Shown: piece by piece, positions 13,614-25,961 of the stretch
How the letters are laid out: the number at the start of each line of letters is the position of its first letter
Position numbering within the stretch: the stretch's first letter is position 1
From: Moniliella sp. 'wahieum'
Taxonomy: Eukaryota
Direction: 5' to 3'
NCBI GenBank assembly: GCA_003971905.1
Contig: RSEE01000066.1
Coordinates: forward strand, 124,001-188,000
DNA length: 64,000 nt
Program-made: the position numbers and the translations under genes
Notes under the pieces: model-generated
Told to the model about the DNA's origin: nothing
Seen by the model: only the letters and a program-made list of their open reading frames with translations
Database searches by the model: none

Positions 13614-15572
13614 GTGGCCGCGAGCCTGGCCGCGTTTGACCCGTATGCCCCTGCCGCCCCTGCTGCTGCCACCGCACGGCCACCGCCACGGCCCCTGCTC
13701 CTCCCTCCGCCGCCCCGCCCAGGAGAGCGCCACGCAACTTTTTCGACGAGGATGCTGATGCGCAAACCGATCCCGGGGGGAAGCGACCATACCAGTTCTT
13801 CCGTTGGCAGCGCCAGCAAACGCAGCAAAGCTCGCGCCCGGACCGCCGAGCCGTTGGCCGGCTTGGCGGATGTGCTGGATGATTGGGACCAAGTCGCTCG
13901 CCGCACGCAAGCCAAACTGGAAGACTGGTTTGGCCTGCCTCCTGTTGCTCCCTCTAGGCCCTTCCCCCCCCCCGTCTCGGCCGGCGGCGACACAGATCCC
14001 AACGAGGCCTCGGACCAGGATCAAGTGCCCGTGCTTGTGCACCACGTCCAATCGGGGGATACGTTGGCCGGGCTGGCGGTGCGGTATGGTGCTCCGCTTG
14101 CCGCGCTACGTAGGGCCAATGGCCTGTGGGATCGTGATGTGACGCTGGCGCGGCTGTGGTGTACATCCCTTTGGAAGCGTGCAACCGCGCTGCTCCCGCC
14201 GGGTCTACCCAAACCACCCTTCGCACTTCGGGTATGGACACCAGCCCTGCACCCTCTTGCCGTCCTGATCCGCCTCCGCCATTAGCATCCGGGTCGGGTA
14301 CCGGACCTTCCCCCCGTGGATCGGGATCTCGGCTGGATCGGGCCCGCACCCCGCTGGGCTCGTTCCAAGAACAACAGGGCCGATCTGCCTTGCCCAGTCC
14401 CTGTTGGAAGCACGACTGGCACCGGCCCCCCCGCGTCCCCCGGCGTTTCGCGTGGCTATGCGCCGCGTTCCTCGGATGCGTTCCTCATCGACATCAGTGA
14501 GGGGAAACCTGCTCCTCCGCCCTCGACCTTGGCCTCGACCTCGGCGGGACGGCGCCGCGGCTGTGCCGGCACCTGCGGGACTTGACCCCCAGAATGGCGA
14601 TGCTCGCTGCCATCCCAGCTCGCGAGCTGGGCTACTTTCCTCCGCCGTTGCACCCTACCCCTTGTACGCCGGCACCAAGTCTCGCGCGTCTGCCAAAGGG
14701 ACCGAGCCGGAGCCGAGCCGGGACTCGTTGGACTCGTTGGCTCGCATGTCGGCTGCCCGATCGGCCAGTGTCCTTCATCCCCCTCCTTCTAATCTTTCCG
14801 CTTCGTCCCCCAAGCCTTCTGGCCCATTATCCTCTGACATGCACCCTCCCCAGCCTGACCTGCGCACCACCCCCCTTGCACCGGGCTTGAAACCGTTACG
14901 CTTAGCCTCGGCTGCCACCACACCTCGTCCCACCCCGACCCGACATGGCTTGCCTCCACCACTGCGCCCAAGCCGGGGGTGAAAGTGAACCATGCCTACA
15001 CTGGTCCTACCTCCGCATCCGACCCCGATAGCTCCACCTGGTCTGCCCTCTTGGCGGGCTTGCCCCCCAATTCGGGGGCGGGCGCGAACTGGGCGCGTCC
15101 GATCGGCTTGCCGAGCGACCGGGGCGCGGATGCGAGCACCGCTTCCCACCGCACCCTTCCCAAGCCCGACGGCGCCCCTTCCTGGTCCGCCAACGATTGG
15201 TCCACCCTGTTGGGCGATACAATTCGCGGGCGTCTTCCCCTCGATACGGCGCTTCAGCAGGCGACGGATAAGGTAGGCCAAGAGTTCCGGGAATGGACGT
15301 TGGAGCCAAGTTCCGGTTCGGGGGCGGGACCGCGGGCGGGGGCGGGAGCGACGGCGCATCGGACAGGGCCGGGCTCGGGTGCGCGGCAGCCGCCACCCAC
15401 CACGTCCCCGTCCGCCCTTCCTTCTTCCTCTGCTTCCCGGCCTGGTGCGAACCACGCGATGCCTACCAATCTCGCGGGCACGTCGGCTGGCCTTGGTGAC
15501 CTTCCTGCGACGGGACTGACCGCTCGACGCAAGGCCCGCTCGCCGGCGGGCGAGCGAATCGAGCTGCTGTAA
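13614..15572 (+). CDS. LysM (CBM50) domain protein with no evident signal peptide and low-complexity flanks; start uncertain
   Basis: HHVQSGDTLAGLAVRYGAPLAALRRANGLW at ~14040-14130. Coding-like continuation to GERIELL* at 15572. Confidence 0.7.
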
Positions 15573-15872
15573 GGGTGTGGATCTGGATCGCATTCTATCG
15601 ACACAGACACAAACCATTGGTCCCCCCAACCCTCCCCCCACCATTCCCCTCGCATCTCCACTCGGGGCCCACCATGTTACCCCCTTTGGTTGTAGGTTGC
15701 TCCAATGTGATCGCGCACTGTGCCCCCTGCGGCCAATAGACAGGATTGCGATTGGTCAGAGCCATGTAGTCTTGGCCTGTAGTTTCTTGTCATTGGTTCT
15801 TTCTCTCTACTGGGGTAAGGCTCGTTTAGCAACGGCATGCCAAATAGGCAGGCACAATGCGGGGGCAACCAA

Positions 15873-15957
15873 GGGCGGATAGCTCAGTTGGTAGAGCGCA
15901 CGCTTCGCATCAACTTGCATCTGTGTGAGGTCTGGGGTTCGATTCCCTATTCGTCCA
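15873..15957 (+). tRNA. tRNA-Ala(CGC) with 12-nt intron (15910-15921)
   Basis: Acceptor stem GGGCGGA/TTCGTCC with the G3:U70 Ala determinant. D-arm GCTC-AGTTGGTA-GAGC. Anticodon arm CACGC-TT-CGC-A^T-GTGTG. T-loop TTCGATT. Confidence 0.95.
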
Positions 15958-15967
15958 TTCTTTTTTT
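15958..15967 (+). terminator. Pol III oligo-T terminator of the tRNA gene
   Basis: TTCTTTTTTT immediately after the discriminator base. Confidence 0.8.
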
Positions 15968-16149
15968 GCGTACCCCTTTGCCAAATTCCAAAACGCACCT
16001 TATCCTCTTCAACCTTGGAACCAGCAAGGTCAACCTACAAGAGCATGATAACAGCGACAAGAGAGCCAAAAGACGGGAGGGAGGTGCTTTGTTTGGCCAT
16101 GTCTGCATTAATAAGAGAGCAGTCCGAGGCGGAAGCGGCGGGCCATGCC

Positions 16150-16792
16150 TTAAACCGCTTCCAAATCCGCCGGCTCGTACTCGGTCGCGACTGGGGGCTC
16201 GACAAAAATGGCGTGGCCCAGAACAAAAAGCGCCGAGGACCCGACGAACCAAAATACAAGCATAAATGGACTCGACAGCCACAGCAACGGGATGGCCACG
16301 ACAAAGAGGACAGTGTAGAGCGAGCGCTGGGTCACCGCCGCGCTGCCCACTTGAAATGGCTCGGGCGCAAATCGGTTGATGGCCCAGAAGCCACCGACGA
16401 GCAGTACTATGGCCGCAACAAAGATGGGACTGGTAATCATGCCGTACAGAGCGACGAGGAGGATGACAGCGAGGTAGTTGCCGGCAAAGTGCCGCGTATT
16501 GTACGTGACCCGCTGCGCCGCCTCGGTCGCGCCCATTGGTCGGCTGAAGCGGGTGGGGTCGAAGAATTCGCGGGGACTGCGGAAGCCACTGAGGATGGAC
16601 TTGGCGCGCGCCACGATGCCAGTGCCGGTCTCTTCCGGCGGAGACTCATTGCTGCTGGTGCTGCTGCCGCCGCCAAAGCGGAGCAGTGGTGGGACTGCGC
16701 AAGCGGACGGGGATCATGGATCAGTGGGGGAGGGGGGCGAGGCAGCGAGGCAAACACATACGGGTACGCACTGCGTCCAAGAACTGGGCCAT
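16150..16792 (-). CDS. YIP3: PRA1 family (prenylated Rab acceptor, Yip3-like); intron 16695-16761
   Basis: Splicing gives an uninterrupted MAQFLDAVRTLPPLL..FRSPREFFD..RVTYNTRHFAGNY, then hydrophobic segments and LGHAIFVEP. Confidence 0.9.
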
Positions 16793-18331
16793 GGTGCGCA
16801 GGCAGCAGGAGGCGCCGTGGGGTGGTGGTGGATGCGGGGGGGCGACCAGCCGACGCTCCACGCCCCGTCCCGTCGGGCCCAGACGAGCAAGCAAGCGCAG
16901 CGCCCGCAGCGCAGCAGCCACGTTGCCGGCCAGCGGAATCCCACCGCTCCAGCATTGGGCGGCAGGGCGGAATGGGGGTGCCCCACACGCGATTCCAACC
17001 TACGCGCCCTGCGGCTGTCCACATTATAACAGCACTTCGTGCCCCCCGATCATTACGTTCCGACCCGCCTGCCCCCCCTCCATGCACCCCTTCCCACGTT
17101 GACAACCATATGCCCTCGTCTTACCCCTGGACCTATGCTCTATCTACAGCAGGCCCACTCGAGCCACCGCCGCTCGCCCACAGCCCCTCAACTGCACCTG
17201 TAACGCCGAAGCCCCTCTCCTCTCCTCTGCACCATCCATCTCCTCACGCACTGTCACTCTCCTTCTGTCTAGCCCCATTGCGAGGGACTTCATCAAGTAC
17301 TAAGAGAGTGCTCCATATTACGAGAGTGCTTGAAAAGTGCGAGGGCGACGTGAAGTATGAGGACGACGTACCTCATCACGCGGCAAGAGTACACCTTTCC
17401 CTCCCAACAGAGACGAGAATGCACCTTGCTAAACAATCTGATGTTTCTTCTCTGTGTACTGCCCTTCCGGGGGGGGGTAGCGCTTTCTACCTCTCCATCG
17501 CTCTTGCAGTGATCATCTTACATTGGAATGTCCCTGCACGCCCACCTCAGAATGGCACACATGCCCATACCCAGCTGCTCCCTCTGATCGCGTCCATCTT
17601 CCCCCGGGCCCTACCGCAGTACACGTAAACCAATTTTCTCCCCTTAAATCCATACGGTTCGTGCGTTTGGCAGCATCCCGTTCGTCTGACATGGTCGTGT
17701 ATCTGGAAGGGCAGTTCCGTGTATCTCGAAACTGATCGGCTCCCCTCTTCCATCAAATCAATATCTCTCCCGTGTCACCTGTCGAGGTTGAGCCCTTCAT
17801 CGCGGTGCGTATTTCTATGCATCCCATCCCCGCCTCGACTGCGTAAAACTAAGGCGAAGCGGACGGCCTGTGGGTCTGGTGGGGTAGCGCAGGCGCTCTA
17901 CCTAGGGATAATATAGTAGCCTACTAAACCCACTTGAGTTCAAGTACCAGTAGTCGTCCTAGCTACCTTGCCTGGATGGAGGGATGGGGCATGGTGGAAG
18001 TGGGGAGACCACGCCTACTGTGCGTCGATGGTAGTGACGTGTCACGTCCGATAAAGCATGTGGGGGTCACAGAGGACTTGCCTGTTGATGGAAATGAGTG
18101 GGGAACGGCAGAGTGTGCAAAGGTGGACCCATAATGGTGATACAGCATGAAGAAGGGTGAAGGGCATGAGCAAAAAGGTTTGCGATAGGCAAAAAGAAGA
18201 GACCGAAAACACTGTACCTCGAGGACGAGGTTTGACTCAGTCCCTAGAAAATGCAAGGGAGGACTGGACGTGCAGAGAGAAAATAAGGGTGGGATACTAG
18301 GTCCAGCCTTGAACTTGTTACAGTACCGGCA

Positions 18332-19111
18332 CTAGGAGCTGGCGCTGGCGCTGGCACTGCTACCCGCACCATTCTACCGAAACCACGGGAGCCAAGGTCA
18401 GATTGCAGGACCAAGGACGAGACCATGGGAAAAGAAAGATACGTACGGCAGGCGATTTGAGCGCTTGGGTGGGAAGCATCTGCGGAGGATTGAAGCGTTG
18501 CCACATGAGCGGCTTGAGGGATCCATCCCAATCGTATAGTTGGAGATAATAAGCAGGTTCGTTGTAGTGAGTGTCGACGCCGATCTGGAACCCCTTGAGG
18601 TGTTCAACCTGACCATACCATTGCACCTGCTCCGAGGTGCTGTGACACCGCGACGCTTGCAGCATCGCGCCATCTGCACGGAAAGGGTAGAGGTTGATCC
18701 AATTGGTGTCGTTGACGGTGTAAATGCCGTGCTGCCAGATGAGGTGAGCTGAAACGCACATCGGGTTGCTGCCGTTGACATTGTACTGGTACAGGGCCTC
18801 TTCAAAAAGCCATCGTCCGTGAAGCTGTAGCTAATGCCAGCTGATTGTGGGTAGGTGAAGGAGCTGTTGGCGGGGTTATAGAAGTTGAGGCCAGTCAACA
18901 CATGACCGGTACCACTGCTCCACGTGCCGCTCAAGGAGGTGACGTTGTTGGCCTGTCCAATGCCGGTGCCCGTAGGTGGTGCGGCGATAGTCGGGGTAGG
19001 CGTTGTAGCGAGCGCTGCGACCATGATGGCAGCCGTGACGGCGACAGCACAAGGCATGCCGGCCACGATCGCGCACTGCGAGCGGTACGTTTGCGAGGAT
19101 GGGGCGGACAT
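18332..19111 (-). CDS. ROT1: ER chaperone Rot1; intron 18374-18446; one frameshift ~18805
   Basis: Hydrophobic N-terminus, then SLSGTWSSGTGHVLTG, GISYSFTDDGF, IWQHG, YYLQLYDWDG, PPQMLPT. Confidence 0.92.
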
Positions 19112-20200
19112 GGTGGGTAGACAAGCGGATAGCAAAGGTTGGTGGTGGGTGGAACGCGGGAGGGGTGGAGCAGAGATCATCCGGCGCAAGTCAGCTAGTC
19201 AGCGGTTCGGCCTGGATCCATCTGTCGATGGGTGCTGCTAGAGGATCTGTAATGCATGTAATTGCTAATTGGCCGAAACAGCGCACGAATAGGCAGCCGT
19301 GCTGGCCAACACGACGGCAGGGGTCGGTTTGGGCGCCACCCTCGGTTTCCTCATCCAACTTCCACACAGTCCCTGTGCCGCTGGATCCAAGCGTTTGCCT
19401 CCAATCAAAATAGGGTTGAGCAGCACAGCGCCAGTGTGGGGTCTAGCGGCCAAGGGCTGGTCTGTCTTCGTCTGCCCTGGTGCCGGCAGCCGCACTTGCG
19501 CAGTAAGACTGCGCTGCCGCCCTCGGGTTATTTAGATCGTAGATTAGTACGTGGCGTTTTGGGTTGACGCGTGACGCGTTGCGTTGATCGCCGTCCCACT
19601 TGGCACTGGCGGGGTGTCGGAGCCTGCCGGAGTTGCCAGAGCTGTCCGACGGGTGGATGATCGATGATCGGCAAGCCGGCGCAACGTGGCGCGTGACGCG
19701 TGACGCTTAACCGGCATTGCAGGGTGCCTTTGCGTCTGATTACGTCACACGTTCAATTTTGGATTACCATACCAGTTTGGTCGTCAAGCATCACGTGACG
19801 TGACGTGACGTTTACAACTAGTCAGGGCCTTTTTAATTTTGCAACTTTCTCTCGGGGCTATCGGGGCGTCCCAGCGTCCCCTGGCGTCTCACAGTATCAA
19901 CGTATCACTGGTCACTTGGTCAGCTGGTCACCGGTCACTTTGCTGCTGACGGCTCGCAGCGGCAGGCTGTCCGTGTTTGCCCCACATCCCCACATCTGGC
20001 ACTGGGGAACTAAGCTCTATGGTGGCCTGTGCCCCTCCAACCCAACGCTGCAGTCGTGTTTTGGCCGGGGAGGGGTAGTGCAAGCGCTCAGCCCAGTTTT
20101 CACGCCCCGCTCTTTTTCATTGCCTCGCCCTTCCCCATCTCGGTGTCTCTCTTCCCCACACCACCACCCACCTGCCTCGCCCTTCCACCTGCGATCCAAT

Positions 20201-20909
20201 ATGCCCAGTGGCGAAGCCCCCCCCAACCTCCTCCGCACCCTCATGAACCAGGTAGCCGACTTGGATCTCGACATCATCCCTTCCGAGGATGGATCCAAGG
20301 TGGCCGACCTTCTGGTCCCTGGGCTGGAGATGTCCAAGATCTTTGCCATTGTGCGCCTATCGCATTTATGAGTAACGCGGAGCTGGTACTGACCCCGCTC
20401 CTCTGGGTGATTTTTGTGCATTTCAGATTGAATTTGGCTTCCGCACCAAAGGACATGAGACGGGCATTCTCGATGGTATCGAAATGCTTAGCAGGGACGA
20501 GGCCAAGAAAGCCATTGTAAGTTTTCCTTCCTCTGCGGGCCTGATTGCGAGTGGTGTGCCTGACTGGGAACCGGTAACCGTTAATGCCGGTAATGATTTG
20601 CAGTCGTCGACGTATGTGTTTGAGATTAAGCCCGCGTCGGGAGGAAAGTTGGTGCGGTACTGGGTTGACATGCGCAAGACGGGGGCGATGGTTCGCCTGA
20701 AGGATGATGAGAAGCCTCCTGCCCGGCCGGATCTGTTGCTGCGGATCGCAGACCGAGACATGGTTGGACTGGCCACTGGCTCCCAGACGCCCCAGCGTGC
20801 ATTTTTGGCGGGCAAGATCAAGGCGAAAGGAAACATTATCATTGGCCTCCGCCTGACCTCCGTCTTGTCCCGCGAGCTCAACAAGCTGACTCTCCAAAGC
20901 AAATTGTAG
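20201..20909 (+). CDS. SCP2 sterol-carrier-domain protein with PTS1 (-SKL); introns 20351-20426 and 20517-20603
   Basis: YWVDMRK..PDLLLRIADRDMVGLATGSQTPQRAFLAGKIKAKGNIIIG is a typical SCP2 fold. C-terminal QSKL*. Exons splice in frame. Confidence 0.88.
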
Positions 20910-21473
20910 CCGAAGCGGCTCCCTAAGTACGGCCTGCCCCACCCCCAATGATGAAAGTATCGCTTCCTTTACTATAACGAAAGTTGCTTGGCTATTAATA
21001 GTAGGATGGAGGTGAGAGTGCAAGCTTCGAGGCGCAAGGCGCACTATTGCGGACATATCATGTACGGTGCTTCAGCTGCTTATGTGCTGGGCCAAAAAGG
21101 AGGTGCTGCGCCTGAATCGACCTGCTCATCGACCGGCGTGTGTTGCTTGTTAGCGCAGCCCACAGACCAACAACCTACAGCACATCACCTGTTGCTTGGT
21201 CCCATGCGTATCACATCTGCTGAAAGGAAAGCGCCGGAGCTAAACGGAAAGTTTCATCTTTGCCTGGTGATTTAGTAATGCTAGCTTGCTGCGCTTTAAA
21301 AAAACTAAAAAAGAAAACAAACTCGGATGACGTAACGCATCGACCTAGCTCAGCCTACTTCTCCCCACCGTCACCACGTGAACTTTCAATTGAACGTTGA
21401 CTCATTTAACCGCCACCATCACCGCCACCGCCACCGCCACCGCCACAACAGCAACAGCGTTACGTTACTCACC

Positions 21474-21966
21474 ATGCCGGCTACCTCCGTTGGAAGTCTG
21501 ATATCTTTCGACTCTACATCTGAGGAGACAACCCCCTTGTCTTCACCTGATTTTGCATCGCCCAGAACCGTGCCGGTTCTTGCAGATGACGGTGGTCCTT
21601 CCTGTCCTGCTGACCGCCCGTGCTGCTCGCCCGCCTATACTCGGGACCCGTGCGGACCCACTGGCGGAACTTGAACTTGCTTTGGCCGTGCGGGCTCCCG
21701 CCGCCACCGACGTTAGCGTTGCCGACGATGATGTGCTGCGCCTTCTTGCCTCGCTATCCCACGCCGAGGCATTGCTGCCCCCCAACAGCTCTGCTCGGCG
21801 AGCCCTGGAGCACGTAAGCGACCCCGCCGCCCGTGTCCGCCTTGCTGCCGATTATTTTCTTCGCGCGTCGTTGGACTCTTCCGGCATGGCCAATGCCGTA
21901 ATTAGCGACACCCCCAACGAACAATGGTTCTTGGATACTTCACCCCCTCCATGCCCAAGACTTTGA
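21474..21966 (+). CDS. Hypothetical protein (frameshifted)
   Basis: ACCATG start MPATSVGSLISFDS; coding-like helical segment DPLAELELAL..VRLAADYFLRASL. No family recognised. Confidence 0.45.
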
Positions 21967-22394
21967 TTGGTCGAAACACGTTCCAACCCGATTTTCTTTT
22001 ACGTTGTCGTTCACACCCGCGTTTGATACTTGATGTTAATTCTTCCTCAAGATGGACCTAGCTGGCTTGCTTCTTCGGAGTGACCAACATCCTCATCTTC
22101 CTTGTCTTTATTTTCTCGACAACGTTCCTACATTTTCTGTTTGCGCTTCCTTCCAGAATCCTGGAACAACATCGGTGACACCACGTCACCATACCCATAC
22201 CAGTCTCTCCTCTACCATTGTCTTCCCTTTGTATTATATGGGATGCCCGCATTACTGAGTTGATCAATTGATCATCACATAGCTATCGTTATTAGCCAAC
22301 AATTGGTTTTGTAGCATCCGCACCGCGTCGGAGTTATTGTATCGATTTAAGTAAATGTTTAGAAAGCAGAGGTGGCGGTGGGCGTGAACGTCGA

Positions 22395-23236
22395 TCAGAA
22401 CTCAAAGCTACGGTCGAGGTCCGAAAGAATAAGAGCCCGCATACCTGGCGGCATCAACGGCGGGTTTTGTCCCCTGGTCACCTGGACCCGAACGTTTTCC
22501 TCTTTCGCGATTGTAGAGGCGGGGGGGGGTCGACCATATACCGGAACGGCATCGATACTGCTGCCCCACCCGTAAACTTGAGTTCAGGGTGGTTCACCCA
22601 CTCCATCTGACCATGGCCACGAGTATCGGGCGGGACAGTGGGGGCTCCATCGACACCTAGATGCACCCCATCTTCCACAACCTTCTTGGTCACGCCTAAG
22701 GCAGTATCGGTGGTCATCTGAACGCTCCCAAGGTGCCGTCCGCCATAGCCGTGCTGACGCAGCGCTGCCGTCCGATCACGAGGAGGATCATCACCGAGAA
22801 TACCACCAAAAAGAAAAATGAAAAACGGGCCATCACGCGGAACCGCGTCGGAGCCGGGTACCGGAGCCGGGAAGAGAGCAGCGTCGCCCACATCGAGCGG
22901 CAACGGCGCCCGGGGATCAAGCAAGCAGACATCCGCCTTGGTTACCCCCCAAGCCGACAGAAGAGTATCGAATGGCTCGGGGTGAAGACATGGAGTAGCT
23001 GAGTCCTCCACAGGACCAAAGCCAGGCTCAGGTCGCTGGAGAGCCTGCTCAAGGTCGGCAATGGAGTTTTTGGACAGGTTGGTAAAGTGGACTTGGGTCC
23101 CGCGCCCGGCCAACTTGAGCATGTTGCGGTATTCCAGCAGCGCCCAGCGGGGGAACTTGCTCGGCGCATCCGGATCGTCTTCCTCCATGTGTTCGATCAC
23201 ATAGTGGGGACGCGTCCCTCGTACAAACTTGGACAT
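22395..23236 (-). CDS. SFM1: SPOUT-family methyltransferase, Sfm1-like (DUF431)
   Basis: YVIEHME, VCLLDP, FLFGGILGDDPPRDRT, RHLGSVQMTTDTA, MPFRY. Frameshifted tail PLMPPGMRALILSDLDRSFEF*. Confidence 0.9.
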
Positions 23237-23504
23237 GGGTGCGATGCTGGTTGAAGAAAAAAACTGCCTTTGCCCTGTGTAGCTCGAGGGTTGCCTCCGT
23301 ACGGGCTACCGACAGTCCATGATCGGTGAGCGATCAGTGACATTTCCCTCTATGAGGCTGTTAAATTTTGACTTGGGCTAGATACGGGACAGTGCAAACT
23401 CCGCCGGACACCTGTTCCGCCCCTATTTTAGCCAAAAACCACCAGTCCTACTTTTTTTATGGTCTCCCCCTCCTCGCCGCCTCAAATCCCCACCAGATTC
23501 CACC

Positions 23505-23860
23505 ATGGCACAGGGTTTCAAGCCGCCCAAGAAAGCAGCCGCACCTCAAACAAGAGCAAAGCCAAGGGTAACTCTTCAAAGGGGCCCAAGCGTGGAGGTT
23601 TGTCTACTCGCCCATCCTCCCTACCTGTGCTCTTCTCTGACTGTCGGCCTTTTTTTCAGCCAAGTTCATTGCTCCCAAGAAAAAGGGCGCGATCACCGAG
23701 GCCCAGATGAAGAAAAGGCAAACGGCGTCCATCATGAGCAAAGTCGAAGCTGATTTGGCTGGGCGGGCGCGGGATGGCGGTCCTCTCACCATTATGAAGA
23801 AGATCGCTGACCAGACCGTTGCAGCTGACAAGGCAGAAAGAGAAGAACAAGAGCAAGTGA
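23505..23860 (+). CDS. UPF0390/DUF2462 small basic protein; intron 23598-23659
   Basis: MAQGFKP..KGPKRG^AKFIAPKKKGAI..KVEADLAGRA..GPLTIMK. Confidence 0.75.
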
Positions 23861-24845
23861 TTGTTATTACTTTGCTGTGTGTTTTATGAATCGCTTTTGT
23901 TTTGACTGTGCCTCATGACAGTCATACCCATCTATTGCATGTATTCCCTTCTTTCTTTTCCATGCATTGCAGAGACGGCGGTCAAATATGGTCTTCCTGT
24001 GGGTAGCTTGCCGGGTACGAATACCTACGAGTCTGGTCAAATTGCTGTGGATGGCCAAGAAACCGGGAGTCACAAAAGTTCCTTCCCTCAATGCACTCCC
24101 CAACATGCACTCCTCTTGCCTCGAGCAATGCATTGCTCCCATCAGGGGCGTGCGCACTGACAATCCTATCCTGGGCGCGAGAAGACACTGACGCTTGTTG
24201 GGCGCCCGCTTTGAGCTGGGCCAAGAAATCGCACGAAGCCAATACCACATCGCTGAGGCATCGGATGGTGGTTGGAGGGAAGACATTAATACGGGAATGG
24301 GCCGGCGGAATCGAGGAGATTGGGCTACCTTAGGCGCACGAGATGCTGGCCATGACCGAGGGCGAATTTTCGGGTTGTTTAAGCGGAAAATGATATGCAT
24401 GATGAGGTCGCCCGCGCGGCACGTGTTACGTACATGCGGCTTCAATCCTAACGCACCCGAGATCAGTGAATGGCCCTAGGTGTACGATTGGGAAATGCAA
24501 ACCGCGTACGATGCCGATGATGAAATGGGCGTTGACAGAAGCGGATGGAGGGGCGGAGGCGGGGACAGAGGCCCGAGGCCCGAGGAGAAGGCAGAGCCAG
24601 AAGGCAGAGCCAGAAGAGACCAATCTTTTTGGCCTGTCCAATACAGACGACCGATATGAAGCCGAACAGTAAGATGACGATGAATTCGTTAAAGATGGGT
24701 TCGACGAGCGTGGGGAGGATGCGCCCAAGTCTCAAGCTCCATGGGTGGCTACCCTTTAGTTGCACTGGTCATCTTTGTATCTGGTGCATCCGAATCTGAT
24801 ACACATTTGCGTAGTCTTTGGGGGGGGGGGGGGGGTGTATTAACA

Positions 24846-25961
24846 TTAACGCGACGGTTTGGTTGCATAGACAAGACCACCCCGGACCGTGCCTTCTGAT
24901 CCCCCCTGAGCCCACGAATCGACAACCTCGCCAAACATACGTAACGGCACCAGTTCCCATGCTCGTCCTCCCCTCCAAAACTTCTCAGTCCCACGCCCGA
25001 GGGAGACGAGAAAGTGGCTGAACCCAGGAAATACATGGTCTGACACATCCGCGATGGTCACCTCAAACCCAATTTGCTGTAGCTCAGAGGCGTACACGCC
25101 AAACGTGAGCAAGTTATGTTTGGGCACCTCGGTGAGATGAAGTGTCAATGCATGCTTGATCCTTCGAACCAGAGAGGGGGGCGCGGGTTCAGGAAGTGAA
25201 CAAGGAGTAAAGTGGGCGGTTCCTGGGCTGGGATACGGGTAGGCGGAAAAGAGGTCAAAGAGGAGGAGTTTACCTCCCGGAGCCAAGCGGTCCCAAGCCG
25301 CTTGAAAGAAGCGGCGGCGAGAGGGGAAGTGGTACGCAGAATCGATTGCAACGATCACGTCATACTCGCTTTGGCCTTGGTGAGGGGAGGCAAACCAGGC
25401 GAGGGCATCAGCGCAAAAGACTTGAGCCTGCCCGCCAGCACGCTGCTGGGCGCGCTGGGCCTGGGCAGGGAGAGACGTGACGCCGTGGAGGATGCGGGGG
25501 TGGAGCAGTTTGGATATCAACAGCAGACTGTCCCCATTTCCGTGTCCTACATCGAGGACTCGGGCAGGCCGAGCGTGAGGGGGAGGGATCGTATCCAGGC
25601 CCGCCACACTCTGAGCGTCCAGATCGAGACCCGCCAACACACGTCGAGCCAATTGATCGGCAGCGTCAGGGAACTGACAGTCGCTAACCTTTTCTCTGAG
25701 GCACATGCCCCTGTTCCAGCGGTCCACCAGCCCATGTTGACCCACTCGCTCTCTGGACGACGGGTGTTGAGCAGCAGGCTGGAAAAGCGTGGTATGCTTC
25801 GCGCGGTGGATCAGGCACCCGTCCCTGCCTGGCCCTGGAGATCGCCGGGCGATGAGCAGACCCAGCACCAGGCCCACGGCCACAGCGATTGCCCAAGGCA
25901 AGAGGTGACGTGTGGCGAGTGGAACCTGTGCGGCTACTTCGGCAAAGGCCTGACACGGCAT
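24846..25961 (-). CDS. Class I SAM-dependent methyltransferase with N-terminal hydrophobic segment
   Basis: Intact 371-aa ORF with WNRG, motif I VLDVGHGNGDS, YDVIVAIDSAYHF, LAPGGKL and DVSDHVFPGF. Confidence 0.85.
   Translation of the reverse strand: MPCQAFAEVAAQVPLATRHLLPWAIAVAVGLVLGLLIARRSPGPGRDGCLIHRAKHTTLFQPAAQHPSSRERVGQHGLVDRWNRGMCLREKVSDCQFPDAADQLARRVLAGLDLDAQSVAGLDTIPPPHARPARVLDVGHGNGDSLLLISKLLHPRILHGVTSLPAQAQRAQQRAGGQAQVFCADALAWFASPHQGQSEYDVIVAIDSAYHFPSRRRFFQAAWDRLAPGGKLLLFDLFSAYPYPSPGTAHFTPCSLPEPAPPSLVRRIKHALTLHLTEVPKHNLLTFGVYASELQQIGFEVTIADVSDHVFPGFSHFLVSLGRGTEKFWRGGRAWELVPLRMFGEVVDSWAQGGSEGTVRGGLVYATKPSR

Noticed and set aside
15925..17628. 567-aa plus-strand ORF, the longest in the ORF track
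   Set aside because: It starts inside the tRNA, is antisense to the clear PRA1 gene and has no recognisable domain. It is a GC-rich shadow ORF.
23900..24760. Possible gene between the UPF0390 and methyltransferase genes (acidic stretch near 24500-24758)
   Set aside because: No consistent frame or recognisable motif. Left unresolved.
24820..24835. G16 run as a G-quadruplex element
   Set aside because: A simple homopolymer in a 3' flank, and its length is unreliable in this assembly.
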